The notes below the pieces were generated by a model. That model searched no databases. It was not told the DNA's origin and was given only the letters and a program-made list of their open reading frames with translations. A stretch of DNA of 64,000 bases from Bdellovibrionales bacterium (GTDB lineage: Bacteria > Bdellovibrionota > Bdellovibrionia > Bdellovibrionales > CAYMLA01), in NCBI GenBank assembly GCA_965217115.1, contig OZ244239.1, forward strand, positions 640,001 to 704,000, given 5' to 3'. Position numbers and translations under genes: made by a program. Shown piece by piece: positions 31,185 through 40,440 of this stretch. The stretch's first letter is position 1; each line of letters begins with the position of its first letter.

Positions 31185-33461
31185 ATGACAAATACATTCA
31201 GTGACTTTTTTAAAGAACAATTAAACCCTCCTCAGCTGGACGCGACGCTCACAGTCTCTGGTCCCCTGCTTATATTGGCAGGAGCAGGCTCTGGAAAGAC
31301 GCGAGTTATCACATATCGCTTAGCCAATCTTATTGCCACTGGCAACGCCTCCCCCGATGAAATACTTTGTGTCACGTTCACCAACAAGGCCGCAAAAGAA
31401 ATGGAGAGTCGTGCTTGCCAAGTTTTAATGGCTCTAAACCTTCCTGTTCACACCCCTTTATGGATCAGTACTTTCCATGCAACTTGTGTACGTATTCTTA
31501 GAGAGCATATTGAACTCCTGGAGTACCAACGCTCATTCACTATTCTCGATAGCTCCGATCAGTTAAGCATGATAAAAAAAATACTTACAACGTTAAATAT
31601 CAGTGACAAAATGTATCCAGCAAAAAACTTCCAGCTTCGCATCAATGCCGCAAAAATGGAAGCACTCACCCCAGAGGATATCGAAAAATCACAAAATCAT
31701 TTTATGGACAAGAGAAGTGTTGAAGTTTATAGGTTTTATGAAAAAGAAATGACAAAAAATAATGCACTCGATTTTTCAGACCTCCTCTTTAAAACTTTTG
31801 ACCTCTTTCGTAGCTATCCTGATATTTTAGAGTTTTATCAAAATAAATTTCGCTACATTATGGTTGATGAGTATCAAGATACCAATCATATTCAATATCG
31901 CCTCATCAATATGCTTGCAGAAAAACATCAAAACCTCTGTGTCGTTGGCGACGAAGATCAATCTATTTACTCTTGGCGTGGAGCTGATATATCTAATATC
32001 TTAGATTTCGAAAAAGACTACCCCCACGCAAAAACAATCAAACTAGAAGAGAATTATCGCTCCACACAAACTATTATCTCGGCTGCCACGCACTTGATCC
32101 AAAATAATACTCAGAGAAAAAATAAAAAACTTTTTACTTCTAATATTAAAGGAGAAAGGATTGTCGTCCGTGAAGAAAATAACGAGTACGACGAAGCCCG
32201 ATTCGTTGTTAAAGAGCTTGAGCAACAACTCTCCAAAAGTACCTACCAGTATAAAGATATCTCTGTCTTTTATCGCACAAACGCCCAATCTCGTGTCATC
32301 GAAGAACAATTACGCAGTTATGGTATCCCCTACAAAATAGTTGGGGGTGTGAAGTTCTACGAACGCATGGAGATTAAAGATCTTCTAGCTTATTTGAGAC
32401 TTATCAATAACATCAACGATGATATCGCTCTAAAGCGAATCATCAATACTCCTGCTAGAGGAATTGGTAAGACGACTGTAAGTAAACTCGAAGAGATTGG
32501 CTTTGCAAGTAACCGTAGTCTCTTTGAATCTATTGATATTGCTTGCATAGAAAAAGCCGTTAATTCTGGAACTGCTAAAAAATTACAAACCTTTAAGGCC
32601 TTACTTATCACTATAAATGAAGAGAGCAGAGGCCTATCTCCTTCTAATATCTACCAAACCATTATCGATCAGACAAAGTATGTTGAAAAATTGCAAAAAA
32701 ATGACTCCGCTGAAGCTAAAAACCGCTTAGAGAACTTAGAAGAGCTTAACAATGCTCTCGTTCATTTTGAAAAAGAACGGGGAGAAGAGGCTACGCTAAC
32801 AAGTTTTCTCGAAGAAATTGCTTTGGTCTCAGACATCGACCGTGTCGATAGCTCTGAAAATTCTATCACTCTTATGACTCTGCATATTTCTAAGGGCTTA
32901 GAATTTCCCGTTGTTTTTATCGTTGGTATGGAAGATGGCCTTTTTCCGAGTGGACGTAGTTTTGACTCTTCTGACCCAACTGCCATCGAAGAAGAGAGAC
33001 GTCTTGCCTATGTCGGAATCACTCGTGCTAAAGAAAAGCTTTTTTTGTCCTACGTAAAATCTCGCCGCCTATGGGGCAATGAACAGTGCAATTCCCCTAG
33101 CCGCTTTCTTAAAGAAATCCCTAACAGCTTAACCCTCTTTCTCTCATCCATGCGTAAACCTAAAACTGCGAATCGTCGCCGCTCTTCTAATTTCTCTGAT
33201 TTTGACACTCAAGAAAATTTTCCTAATTACGAAGATATTTCCGATGATTTTAATAGTGAAGAAACGCAACTACAAAAAGGCGTGAGCGTAAGACATCCCA
33301 CATTTGGTCCTGGCGATATTTTTCAGATAGAAGGCAGTGGAGAGGATCTCAAAGTCAGTGTGAAGTTTAGCGATCGAACGATAAAAAAATTTGTTGTCAA
33401 GTATGCCCGCCTAGAAATCATCGGAAAAAAAGGCGGGGGCCTCACGAATGAGGCCCCCTAG
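31185..33461 (+). CDS. uvrD: ATP-dependent DNA helicase UvrD/PcrA
   Basis: AGAGSGKT, TFTNKAA, DEYQDTN, NYRS, SKGLEF, EERRLAYVGITRA, and a C-terminal Tudor-like domain (H.TFG.G). Confidence 0.96.
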   Translation: MTNTFSDFFKEQLNPPQLDATLTVSGPLLILAGAGSGKTRVITYRLANLIATGNASPDEILCVTFTNKAAKEMESRACQVLMALNLPVHTPLWISTFHATCVRILREHIELLEYQRSFTILDSSDQLSMIKKILTTLNISDKMYPAKNFQLRINAAKMEALTPEDIEKSQNHFMDKRSVEVYRFYEKEMTKNNALDFSDLLFKTFDLFRSYPDILEFYQNKFRYIMVDEYQDTNHIQYRLINMLAEKHQNLCVVGDEDQSIYSWRGADISNILDFEKDYPHAKTIKLEENYRSTQTIISAATHLIQNNTQRKNKKLFTSNIKGERIVVREENNEYDEARFVVKELEQQLSKSTYQYKDISVFYRTNAQSRVIEEQLRSYGIPYKIVGGVKFYERMEIKDLLAYLRLINNINDDIALKRIINTPARGIGKTTVSKLEEIGFASNRSLFESIDIACIEKAVNSGTAKKLQTFKALLITINEESRGLSPSNIYQTIIDQTKYVEKLQKNDSAEAKNRLENLEELNNALVHFEKERGEEATLTSFLEEIALVSDIDRVDSSENSITLMTLHISKGLEFPVVFIVGMEDGLFPSGRSFDSSDPTAIEEERRLAYVGITRAKEKLFLSYVKSRRLWGNEQCNSPSRFLKEIPNSLTLFLSSMRKPKTANRRRSSNFSDFDTQENFPNYEDISDDFNSEETQLQKGVSVRHPTFGPGDIFQIEGSGEDLKVSVKFSDRTIKKFVVKYARLEIIGKKGGGLTNEAP
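33425..33458 (-). terminator. Intrinsic terminator for the minus-strand gene 33610-34782, overlapping the uvrD 3' end
   Basis: Perfect 10-bp stem GGGGGCCTCA/TGAGGCCCCC; on the minus strand it has a UUCG loop and is followed by GCC and a U7 tract. Confidence 0.7.
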
Positions 33462-33609
33462 GAAAACGGAAAAAAAAGCGGAAAGCCTAAGCTCTCCAGG
33501 TTTCCATGGAAATTGGAAACCTTATCCTATCTAGTTAAAATCTCTGTTTCCACGATCTCTATAAAGTTTGAACTCTTCCTATTTTTTACCCCAGCGATTC
33601 CAAGTTCAG

Positions 33610-34782
33610 TTAATTAACCTTTGGTTTACCCAACAACGAGCGTACATTAATGCCAGTACTACTACCACGACCAGTCAATCCCAGACTACTAGAAACACCT
33701 TGAGCTGTACTGGTCTTCAAAGATGGCGCCTTATAACTGTTACAAGAGTTTCCTATACCATTACTACTGGGGTTAAACATAGAACCAAAAAATACCTTCA
33801 ATTCCACTGGAACCGAAGAGTTCACAGGACAAAAGTAATCCTTAAGATAAAGCTGACGAGCGAAATCTTGGCTTAAGTGATTCTCCTCTCTAAACCCACT
33901 TAAATAACTAGAAAAACTGCTCTCATCTATTTTAAAAAGATTATGAAAATCAACTAAGCTCCTTTCTCGTTCATAGATATCTGTCTTCTTTAATGCCTTT
34001 TCTAAAGATCTCTCTCCTGGGACTTTATATGTCTTAGCAAGAAGCTTTGCTAATTTTTCTCTTACTTCAAAACCTAATTTATGATCAAAACGGTCAATAA
34101 AACCTGCAATCTTGTCCCTAAATTCACTTAACTCATCATCCTCAAATTTACCACGTCTTATCTCTCTCCACATTGCTTCTAACACACCTGATATCTCAGC
34201 CTTGTAACAATTCAGAATCGTTTGCCTAGCTTCCAACTTTTTCTTAGAAACTTTGATCAGTTCCAAGCATTTATCAACTCCACACTTTAACATCTTGGAT
34301 GTCTCACCTGAGGCAGAGCAATCTTCTTCTTTTGATGAACTGATTTTTTTTACTTTGTTTTTTCCAAAAAAATCACTTTGCTTCTCAATAGCGTCTAACA
34401 ATTGATTTATGTCAGAAAAATCGGTTCCTGATTTCTTCAGAGTCACACTTCTTAATACACAATCAGTGCAATCTTGAGCCTGTGTCTCTTGAAACACAAT
34501 CGTAGTGGTGTCACCTTTTTGTTCTGACCTTAAAGTAAAATCTTTCCCATCACGGTGAACGTCCGCTTCATAAGTTTTCTCTACTTTATCTATCGATTTT
34601 GGAGTTATAAGGTATCTTCCCCCTCCCCCACTGGCTAATTCCGAAAAACCCATTCGCAGATCTTTATTGCTGTCCTGCTCCCAATTGATGTTAAGTCCTA
34701 ATACGCCTATTAAAGACAGTGTTAGAAAATATTTTCTGCAGGTTCCCCAGTCTATTTTCTTTTCTCTATTTTTTCCATTCAT
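33610..34782 (-). CDS. Hypothetical exported or membrane-anchored Cys-containing protein
   Basis: 390-aa ORF with a GGAGG RBS, an N-terminal hydrophobic segment and several Cys; no family recognised. Confidence 0.7.
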   Translation of the reverse strand: MNGKNREKKIDWGTCRKYFLTLSLIGVLGLNINWEQDSNKDLRMGFSELASGGGGRYLITPKSIDKVEKTYEADVHRDGKDFTLRSEQKGDTTTIVFQETQAQDCTDCVLRSVTLKKSGTDFSDINQLLDAIEKQSDFFGKNKVKKISSSKEEDCSASGETSKMLKCGVDKCLELIKVSKKKLEARQTILNCYKAEISGVLEAMWREIRRGKFEDDELSEFRDKIAGFIDRFDHKLGFEVREKLAKLLAKTYKVPGERSLEKALKKTDIYERERSLVDFHNLFKIDESSFSSYLSGFREENHLSQDFARQLYLKDYFCPVNSSVPVELKVFFGSMFNPSSNGIGNSCNSYKAPSLKTSTAQGVSSSLGLTGRGSSTGINVRSLLGKPKVN

Positions 34783-34843
34783 AATTCTTTCCTCCGTTTA
34801 AGACTCTAAAGATTGAGCCCATTTTTTTCCCTACCAAATACAA

Positions 34844-34861
34844 TTACAAAACACGGGCCAA
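34844..34861 (-). promoter_or_regulatory. sigma54-like -24/-12 element upstream of 33610-34782
   Basis: The minus strand reads TTGGCCCGTGTTTTGTAA, i.e. GG-N10-GT with GT in place of GC at -12. Confidence 0.45.
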
Positions 34862-35406
34862 GAGAGAAAACTCTAGTGAATGGTATAATTACTTGATTTT
34901 ACTTGTGTTTCCTCAGTTGTTTTGACTGTCACTTAAATAGACGTCTGACGAACTTCTGTCGCCTCTCTTTGAGAATAGGCGGTAATATTAACTTATTACA
35001 GGTAGTTATGGGCTTTTTATTTATTCAACACCTGTCTAAAAAACAACATGGAAAAAACATCATTTTCCCTGGATTCTCTAGCTAAAAAAAGGTTCTTTGT
35101 GATAATATAGTGGAACTGTTCCCAAGAGATTCATCTTGAGGGCTCTCTTTCTAAAACTATCCATGGATAACAGCGTTGTTATACATGGAGGTCTGCCATA
35201 GAAATAGAGGAAATCTGTCTAGTTAACGGAGCACAGTTCTCTAAACCAACCCAGGTTTATTATTATTCGTTTTAAACTTTCGAGGGAATTTGTCCAGAAT
35301 AAATGACCTATTTCTAAACCAACACTTTGGCCTTCCCAGTCTCTCTTTTGTACAATTCCCTTTGATATTACACTAGAGATCCATTGACCCATTGATTGAA
35401 TACGGA

Positions 35407-35558
35407 TTTTTTTCTAGAGTCTCTCCCAAAAGAATCCAGTTCTTTTCGGCGAGTTTGGCTTGGCAACTTCCATTGCATTTTTCTGCAATGGGAGGTGACA
35501 AACGAATGTTTGAGCAAGAAAAGGGCTGGATTCTTTTGGGAGAGACTCTAGAAAAAAA
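35407..35558 (+). repeat. 152-nt rod-like inverted repeat (candidate ncRNA or MITE)
   Basis: 41-nt arms at 35407-35447 and 35518-35558 (39 Watson-Crick pairs plus 2 G.U); inner 11-bp stem at 35467-35477 and 35484-35494. Confidence 0.85.
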
Positions 35559-35596
35559 ACTAGCTCCACTATTGTTTTGTTTATCATAAAGAGTCT

Positions 35597-35630
35597 AAAA
35601 AAATGCCCCTTGGGTTTGCACCCAAGAGGC
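35597..35630 (-). terminator. Intrinsic terminator of the outer-membrane protein gene
   Basis: The minus strand reads GCCUCUUGGGU-GCAA-ACCCAAGGGGC-A-U7. Confidence 0.85.
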
Positions 35631-35701
35631 CCTGCTCCACCACCATAAAATGTGTTCAAAATGTTTACTTAGATGCCGTACAAAATGTAATCAAGTTGCT
35701 A

Positions 35702-37126
35702 TCAAAAGTTGATGGCGGCTTTCGTTATAAAACCATAAACTAGTTTTAGTTCAGAATTTTCACTCATTTCACTCTTAAAACTATCTCCAGGAATGACAAA
35801 GCCCACCTCAGTCACCCACTTAAAGTTACGATGAATCTGACTAACGAGTGCCACATCAAATTCATAGCCTAAATCTAAAGACGCCTCTGAATTGGACAGT
35901 GATTCCTTAAGTAACTTCCCATAGGTAAACGTTCCGCGAAGAGATAGCGTCTCTGACCATTTCCAAGTTGCTCGGGGAGAGAAGTAAATAACATTGGATA
36001 AAGCCTGGTCATCGACCCTATTTGAAGAGGCTTTTGTTGAATTTCTATCAACACTGGAACGGAAAACATTTGCCTCCCCCAGAGAATGATTAAAAAGAAG
36101 CATCGCTACGTCGTAGTTTCTATCAAAAATATAACCTTCATAAGCCTCAGTATTAGGATCATCGCCACTGGCATAACCAGATTTAATTTCCCAGTGCCAA
36201 CGAGAATTGGGAACCTGATAGGCCCACTCAGTGCTCACGCCTAAACCTTGTAACTCTATATTCTCTCCAGCAGATTCAACTCCAGTGGTGCCTTTTTGTA
36301 AACCAAGCTCAATTGCAAAATGAGAATTCTCATAGTTTCTTCCAACAAAAAAATTAATGTCTTCCGTCTTCCAACCGGTAAGTATCATTTTATCTTCTAA
36401 AGGTGTACCCTCACTACCAAGAGAATCTCTAGGCGCATCATTCCCAGGGGCAGAAGCCACTCGGCTTTGATAAAACAAGCCCATCTTCAAAGCAGCATCT
36501 TTATTATTATAATTAACATTAAAGATATAGTCTGTTACATCGTCTTCAACACCCGAATTCCCTTCATTGACTTTCGCTAACATGAAACCGTAATCAATAT
36601 TGCCACTTACCATCTTGTAGGAGAAGAGATCTCTATTATCAAACCAGTGATCAAATTCACCATGTCCGTCACTAAACATCATCCCTAAGCCGAAATTCAA
36701 AGGAGCACGGCCGACAGTCAAAGTGCTATAGTCTCCCGTCCATGAAATATAGAGTTCGTTAACGGCGAGGTTTGCAAAAGCCATTCTCTGGGAAAGAACG
36801 TTGGAGTCGGTATTATCAGTAGAGTCAGTACTCCCTAGACCGTTTCCAAAAAAACCACCAACGGCAGATGTTGGGTACTCTAAGCTGTTAACTAAGTTGA
36901 ATTGACCATGAAGTTCTATGCCGTCGGCTGCAATAATATGGGGGCGCAAAATCAAATGGTGTAAACCATAGGACTTAGACCCACCCGTTGAATTTATGTC
37001 TACATTATCTAACTCAACAAACTCAAAGCGGTACAAACCCTTCCAATCAATGGAAAAAGCCTGGGTTGTCAAAGGTGTGGTCAGCGGAACTAGTAAAAAC
37101 AAAACAATCTGTAAAAGTCTTGCCAT
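35702..37126 (-). CDS. Outer-membrane beta-barrel (porin-like) protein
   Basis: Signal peptide ending TQA, amphipathic strands, GR.PLNFGLG, GYASGDDP, C-terminal Phe; the ATG at 37126 has AGGGG upstream. Confidence 0.8.
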   Translation of the reverse strand: MARLLQIVLFLLVPLTTPLTTQAFSIDWKGLYRFEFVELDNVDINSTGGSKSYGLHHLILRPHIIAADGIELHGQFNLVNSLEYPTSAVGGFFGNGLGSTDSTDNTDSNVLSQRMAFANLAVNELYISWTGDYSTLTVGRAPLNFGLGMMFSDGHGEFDHWFDNRDLFSYKMVSGNIDYGFMLAKVNEGNSGVEDDVTDYIFNVNYNNKDAALKMGLFYQSRVASAPGNDAPRDSLGSEGTPLEDKMILTGWKTEDINFFVGRNYENSHFAIELGLQKGTTGVESAGENIELQGLGVSTEWAYQVPNSRWHWEIKSGYASGDDPNTEAYEGYIFDRNYDVAMLLFNHSLGEANVFRSSVDRNSTKASSNRVDDQALSNVIYFSPRATWKWSETLSLRGTFTYGKLLKESLSNSEASLDLGYEFDVALVSQIHRNFKWVTEVGFVIPGDSFKSEMSENSELKLVYGFITKAAINF

Positions 37127-37399
37127 AAATTCTACCCCTTTAGTGAAACCTAAAAATATCACGACGAAAGTCCCAGTCAATTAAAAAATTACAACACCAT
37201 ACATTACAATATATTTTCCCCGGGAAGAATCGCCTCTTTCTTCGTTAAGTAGCTGATTTTCGTCTCTTTTCGCCCATCTGCTGCTGAGCAGCTATTTCTC
37301 TGTCTGGGATGTGAGCTCTTTCAAACAGAGGGATCTCCCACGAGTGACGTGTTTTTCTAGGCACTTTCAATTATTTTCAAGGTGTTTTAAAAGGACGTC

Positions 37400-37675
37400 T
37401 TAATTTTGCCCGCGGCGTTTTAGCTCTTGCTCGTAGTACTTTTGATACATAATTTCCCATTCAGGAGAGTCTTCAACGACCGATCTCTGGAGAGACCGTA
37501 TCATCTTTGTTACCTTGGCATCCAACTCTTCATGGAGACGAACAAAGTCAATCACTCCCGCCTTCACAGCATTTAAGGCAGCCCTATCGTCTGTATAATC
37601 TGCTAAATCATCGTGATAAATTCCATCAGTGATTAAGTGGGCCAAGTGTGATTGACGGTCTTCACTGATAATCAC
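37400..37675 (-). CDS. DUF507-like protein
   Basis: MIISEDR..HLAHLI..., S.EWEIMY.KYYE.EL.RRG. Confidence 0.75.
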   Translation of the reverse strand: MIISEDRQSHLAHLITDGIYHDDLADYTDDRAALNAVKAGVIDFVRLHEELDAKVTKMIRSLQRSVVEDSPEWEIMYQKYYEQELKRRGQN

Positions 37676-37953
37676 AGCACAAACCCCTGTTGCTCAGCCA
37701 ATTTTTTCTTCAACATACCAAACATTTTATAACGTTGAAATTCCCCACCGTGATCTTGTTCCAATTGATCCAACATCCGGTCTACCTCTCTATCAAGAGT
37801 CTGTTCATCTTGTATGTTTTTCTCAATCACAGAAGAGACCTTCGTCGCCACAGCGTTTTCTCCCGCTTTTAGATCAATAGGAGATTGAGTCTCTCTTAGG
37901 CGCTTCATAATTAACTTCACTAATGTATCAATTTGTCTCTTTTTTAATCTCAT
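37672..37953 (-). CDS. DUF507-like protein
   Basis: MRL...QI..., E..LDREV..ML, KMF.MLKKKLA...GFVL; tandem with the previous gene. Confidence 0.75.
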   Translation of the reverse strand: MRLKKRQIDTLVKLIMKRLRETQSPIDLKAGENAVATKVSSVIEKNIQDEQTLDREVDRMLDQLEQDHGGEFQRYKMFGMLKKKLAEQQGFVL

Positions 37954-37994
37954 ACTTTTGACTAAATGACTCTCCTTCAATAAAGTCAAGGAAC

Positions 37995-40289
37995 ATGAAG
38001 CGAATATTAAAATTATCTCTTACTCTTATCTTCCTACTCTTCACCATTTTTGGTTTGTGGGTTTTTCGCCTTGATCAAACAATCAAAAATAAAATTGATG
38101 GGAATCGCTTCCTACCTCCAACAGAATTTTATTCTTCATCCACTAAATTAACTCAAAAACAGACGGTTTTCCTTCATCAAATTGACGACACCTTTCATCA
38201 AGCACAGTTTCGCAAAAGGCCTCCCAACTCATCTCTCTTTCCTGGCGACTATAGTTTGTGGAGCCCAACACAATGTCAAAAAAACACCTATCTGAAAATC
38301 CCCCCTGAAACCAAGCACTGCCTCGCCTTCAGAGATTTTAATACTTCATCCCAACAAATTCAACTTCTTGTCCTAGAAGAAAACCACACTCAAGAACATT
38401 CTAAGAAAAAAAATGAACAAAAAATCGCCTCCATCTACCAAGGACCTCCGTTTAAAGAAATCAAGCAAACACTGCTTCCCCCTCTTCTCTTTGCGCAATA
38501 CATTGGCAACTCTCCCACACAAAGAAAAATTGTCTCCCTAGGAAGTATTCCCACCCATTGTAAAAATGCTTTATTAGCCATTGAAGACAGTCAGTTTTTA
38601 GAACACTCAGGAATAAGTCCTCTGGCTATTCTAAGAGCCTTTTGGAACTTAATCAAAAAGCAAAAAATTACCCAGGGTGGTAGCACCATCACTCAACAAT
38701 TAGTCAAAGTTTATTTTCTCAATAGCGAACGTACTTTTAAACGTAAAATTATTGAAGCCGTCATGGCTCTTATCTTAGAACATCGAATTAGCAAAGACGA
38801 TATTTTAGAGCTTTATACTAACTCTATATATATGGGACAACAGGGGGTTTTTCAAATTCGAGGCTTTGCCGCTGCCTCAGAATACTATTTCAATAAACCC
38901 ATAAACAAGATCAACCTCCCCCAGTGCGCACTACTTGCCGCCACACTCAACAGCCCTGGCCTCTTCAACCCATTCACTCAACCAGAGAACTCTCGCAATC
39001 GCCGTAATCATGTCCTCAAACGAATGGCTCAATTCAAAATGATCTCCTCTCAACAAAAAGATTCTGCCCAAAAAGCTTCCCTCCCACAGAAACCCTCATC
39101 TAATCTAAAGGACAATGCTTCTTATTATATCAACGCCGTTAGACAGAAACTAAAAAAACTTAATATTTCAATGAAAGATGGAGGTAGAATTTACACCTCT
39201 CTGGATCTCAACGCACAAAAAACTGCCCGACAAGCAATCAACAGGCAACTCAACCGTCTTGAAAAAAACCGCCCTCAACTGAAAAAATCCGGCCATTCTC
39301 TACAAGCTTCTTTGATCTCCGTTGACACCGCCACGGGACATATCAATGCCTTAGTTGGAGGACGCAACTACAAAAAATCTCATTTCAATCGTGTTCTTGA
39401 ATCCAAGAGACAAATTGGTTCTTTAATGAAACCCTTTGTTTATTTAACTGCCCTAGAATCTTTAGATGAAAATGGCAACCCTATCACTCCGCTCTATCAA
39501 ATAAACGACTCTATCTTTACCCACTCCTATGAAGGACAAAAATGGACTCCCCATAACTACAATAAGAAATATCTCGGCCCTATTCCCCTCTACTTTGCTC
39601 TAAAAAACTCTCTGAATGTTCCCACCGCTAAAATTGGTTTACAAATCGGCCTCGAAGCTATTATCGACACTGCCAAACGCCTTAAAATTAGTTCCAGTCT
39701 AAAACCCGTTCCATCTCTCACTCTCGGCGCTTTTGAAGTCTCTACCTGGGAATTAGCACGGGCCTACACAGCGATCGCCCGAATGGGAAATCTCATTGAT
39801 ATTTCTCTTATACAAAAAATTGAATCCCTTAAAGGTGATACTCTTTACCTTAATTCTCCCTCGATAGAACAGGTTGTCTCCCCTAGTGTCGCAGCTGTCC
39901 TCATTGGCATACTTAAAGAAACCTTGCGCACAGGGACCGCTCGTTCCATCGGCAAGTGGTACGGCTTTAACCGTATCGCTGCTGGTAAAACTGGCACAAC
40001 GAGTGATCATCGCGATGCCTGGTTTTCAGGTTTCACACCGAGAAATCTCACCATTGTTTGGGTTGGTTTTGACGACAATCGCTCTCACAAACTGACTGGA
40101 GCCTCCGGTGCTATTCCCATCTGGGCTGATTATATGAGAAACACAACTCTACAATATCAAGACGAAGATTTTAACTGGCCAGAGAGTGTCACCCCCCATT
40201 TCTACTCCCGTGAAAACCTACAAAGATGGCCCCTCCCAGAACTGCAGTGGCCTGATTTTCAAGGAATTGAACTTATTATTAAAAAATAA
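37995..40289 (+). CDS. mrcB: Class A penicillin-binding protein (PBP1b-like)
   Basis: AIED..F..H.G, QGGSTITQQLVK, RK..E; transpeptidase motifs SLMK, SLN, KTGT. Confidence 0.9.
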   Translation: MKRILKLSLTLIFLLFTIFGLWVFRLDQTIKNKIDGNRFLPPTEFYSSSTKLTQKQTVFLHQIDDTFHQAQFRKRPPNSSLFPGDYSLWSPTQCQKNTYLKIPPETKHCLAFRDFNTSSQQIQLLVLEENHTQEHSKKKNEQKIASIYQGPPFKEIKQTLLPPLLFAQYIGNSPTQRKIVSLGSIPTHCKNALLAIEDSQFLEHSGISPLAILRAFWNLIKKQKITQGGSTITQQLVKVYFLNSERTFKRKIIEAVMALILEHRISKDDILELYTNSIYMGQQGVFQIRGFAAASEYYFNKPINKINLPQCALLAATLNSPGLFNPFTQPENSRNRRNHVLKRMAQFKMISSQQKDSAQKASLPQKPSSNLKDNASYYINAVRQKLKKLNISMKDGGRIYTSLDLNAQKTARQAINRQLNRLEKNRPQLKKSGHSLQASLISVDTATGHINALVGGRNYKKSHFNRVLESKRQIGSLMKPFVYLTALESLDENGNPITPLYQINDSIFTHSYEGQKWTPHNYNKKYLGPIPLYFALKNSLNVPTAKIGLQIGLEAIIDTAKRLKISSSLKPVPSLTLGAFEVSTWELARAYTAIARMGNLIDISLIQKIESLKGDTLYLNSPSIEQVVSPSVAAVLIGILKETLRTGTARSIGKWYGFNRIAAGKTGTTSDHRDAWFSGFTPRNLTIVWVGFDDNRSHKLTGASGAIPIWADYMRNTTLQYQDEDFNWPESVTPHFYSRENLQRWPLPELQWPDFQGIELIIKK

Positions 40290-40379
40290 ACAATCTTCAT
40301 TCAAAATGCCAAAATGACACCTGAATTCATGGAATAATTTTCTACGGAGCTTTTACTCAGCTTCTTTCTAGACCTTTTC

Positions 40380-40396
40380 TTGGCTCTCAAATTGCT
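40380..40396 (+). promoter_or_regulatory. sigma54 (RpoN) -24/-12 promoter upstream of the radical SAM gene
   Basis: TTGGCTCTCAAATTGCT equals TGGC-N7-TTGCW with exact GG-N10-GC spacing, ending 44 nt before the GTG start. Confidence 0.7.
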
Positions 40397-40440
40397 ATAA
40401 CTCTAGTGAACCTACCTTAAGTAGGGCAAAAGGACACCAA

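Noticed and set aside
35100..35560. The structured elements as retron msr-msd or group II intron parts
   Set aside because: No reverse transcriptase occurs in the window and no diagnostic intron domain V was seen.
35392..35659. Two short track ORFs across the long inverted repeat
   Set aside because: They are by-products of the palindrome and terminator, with no RBS or protein-like features.
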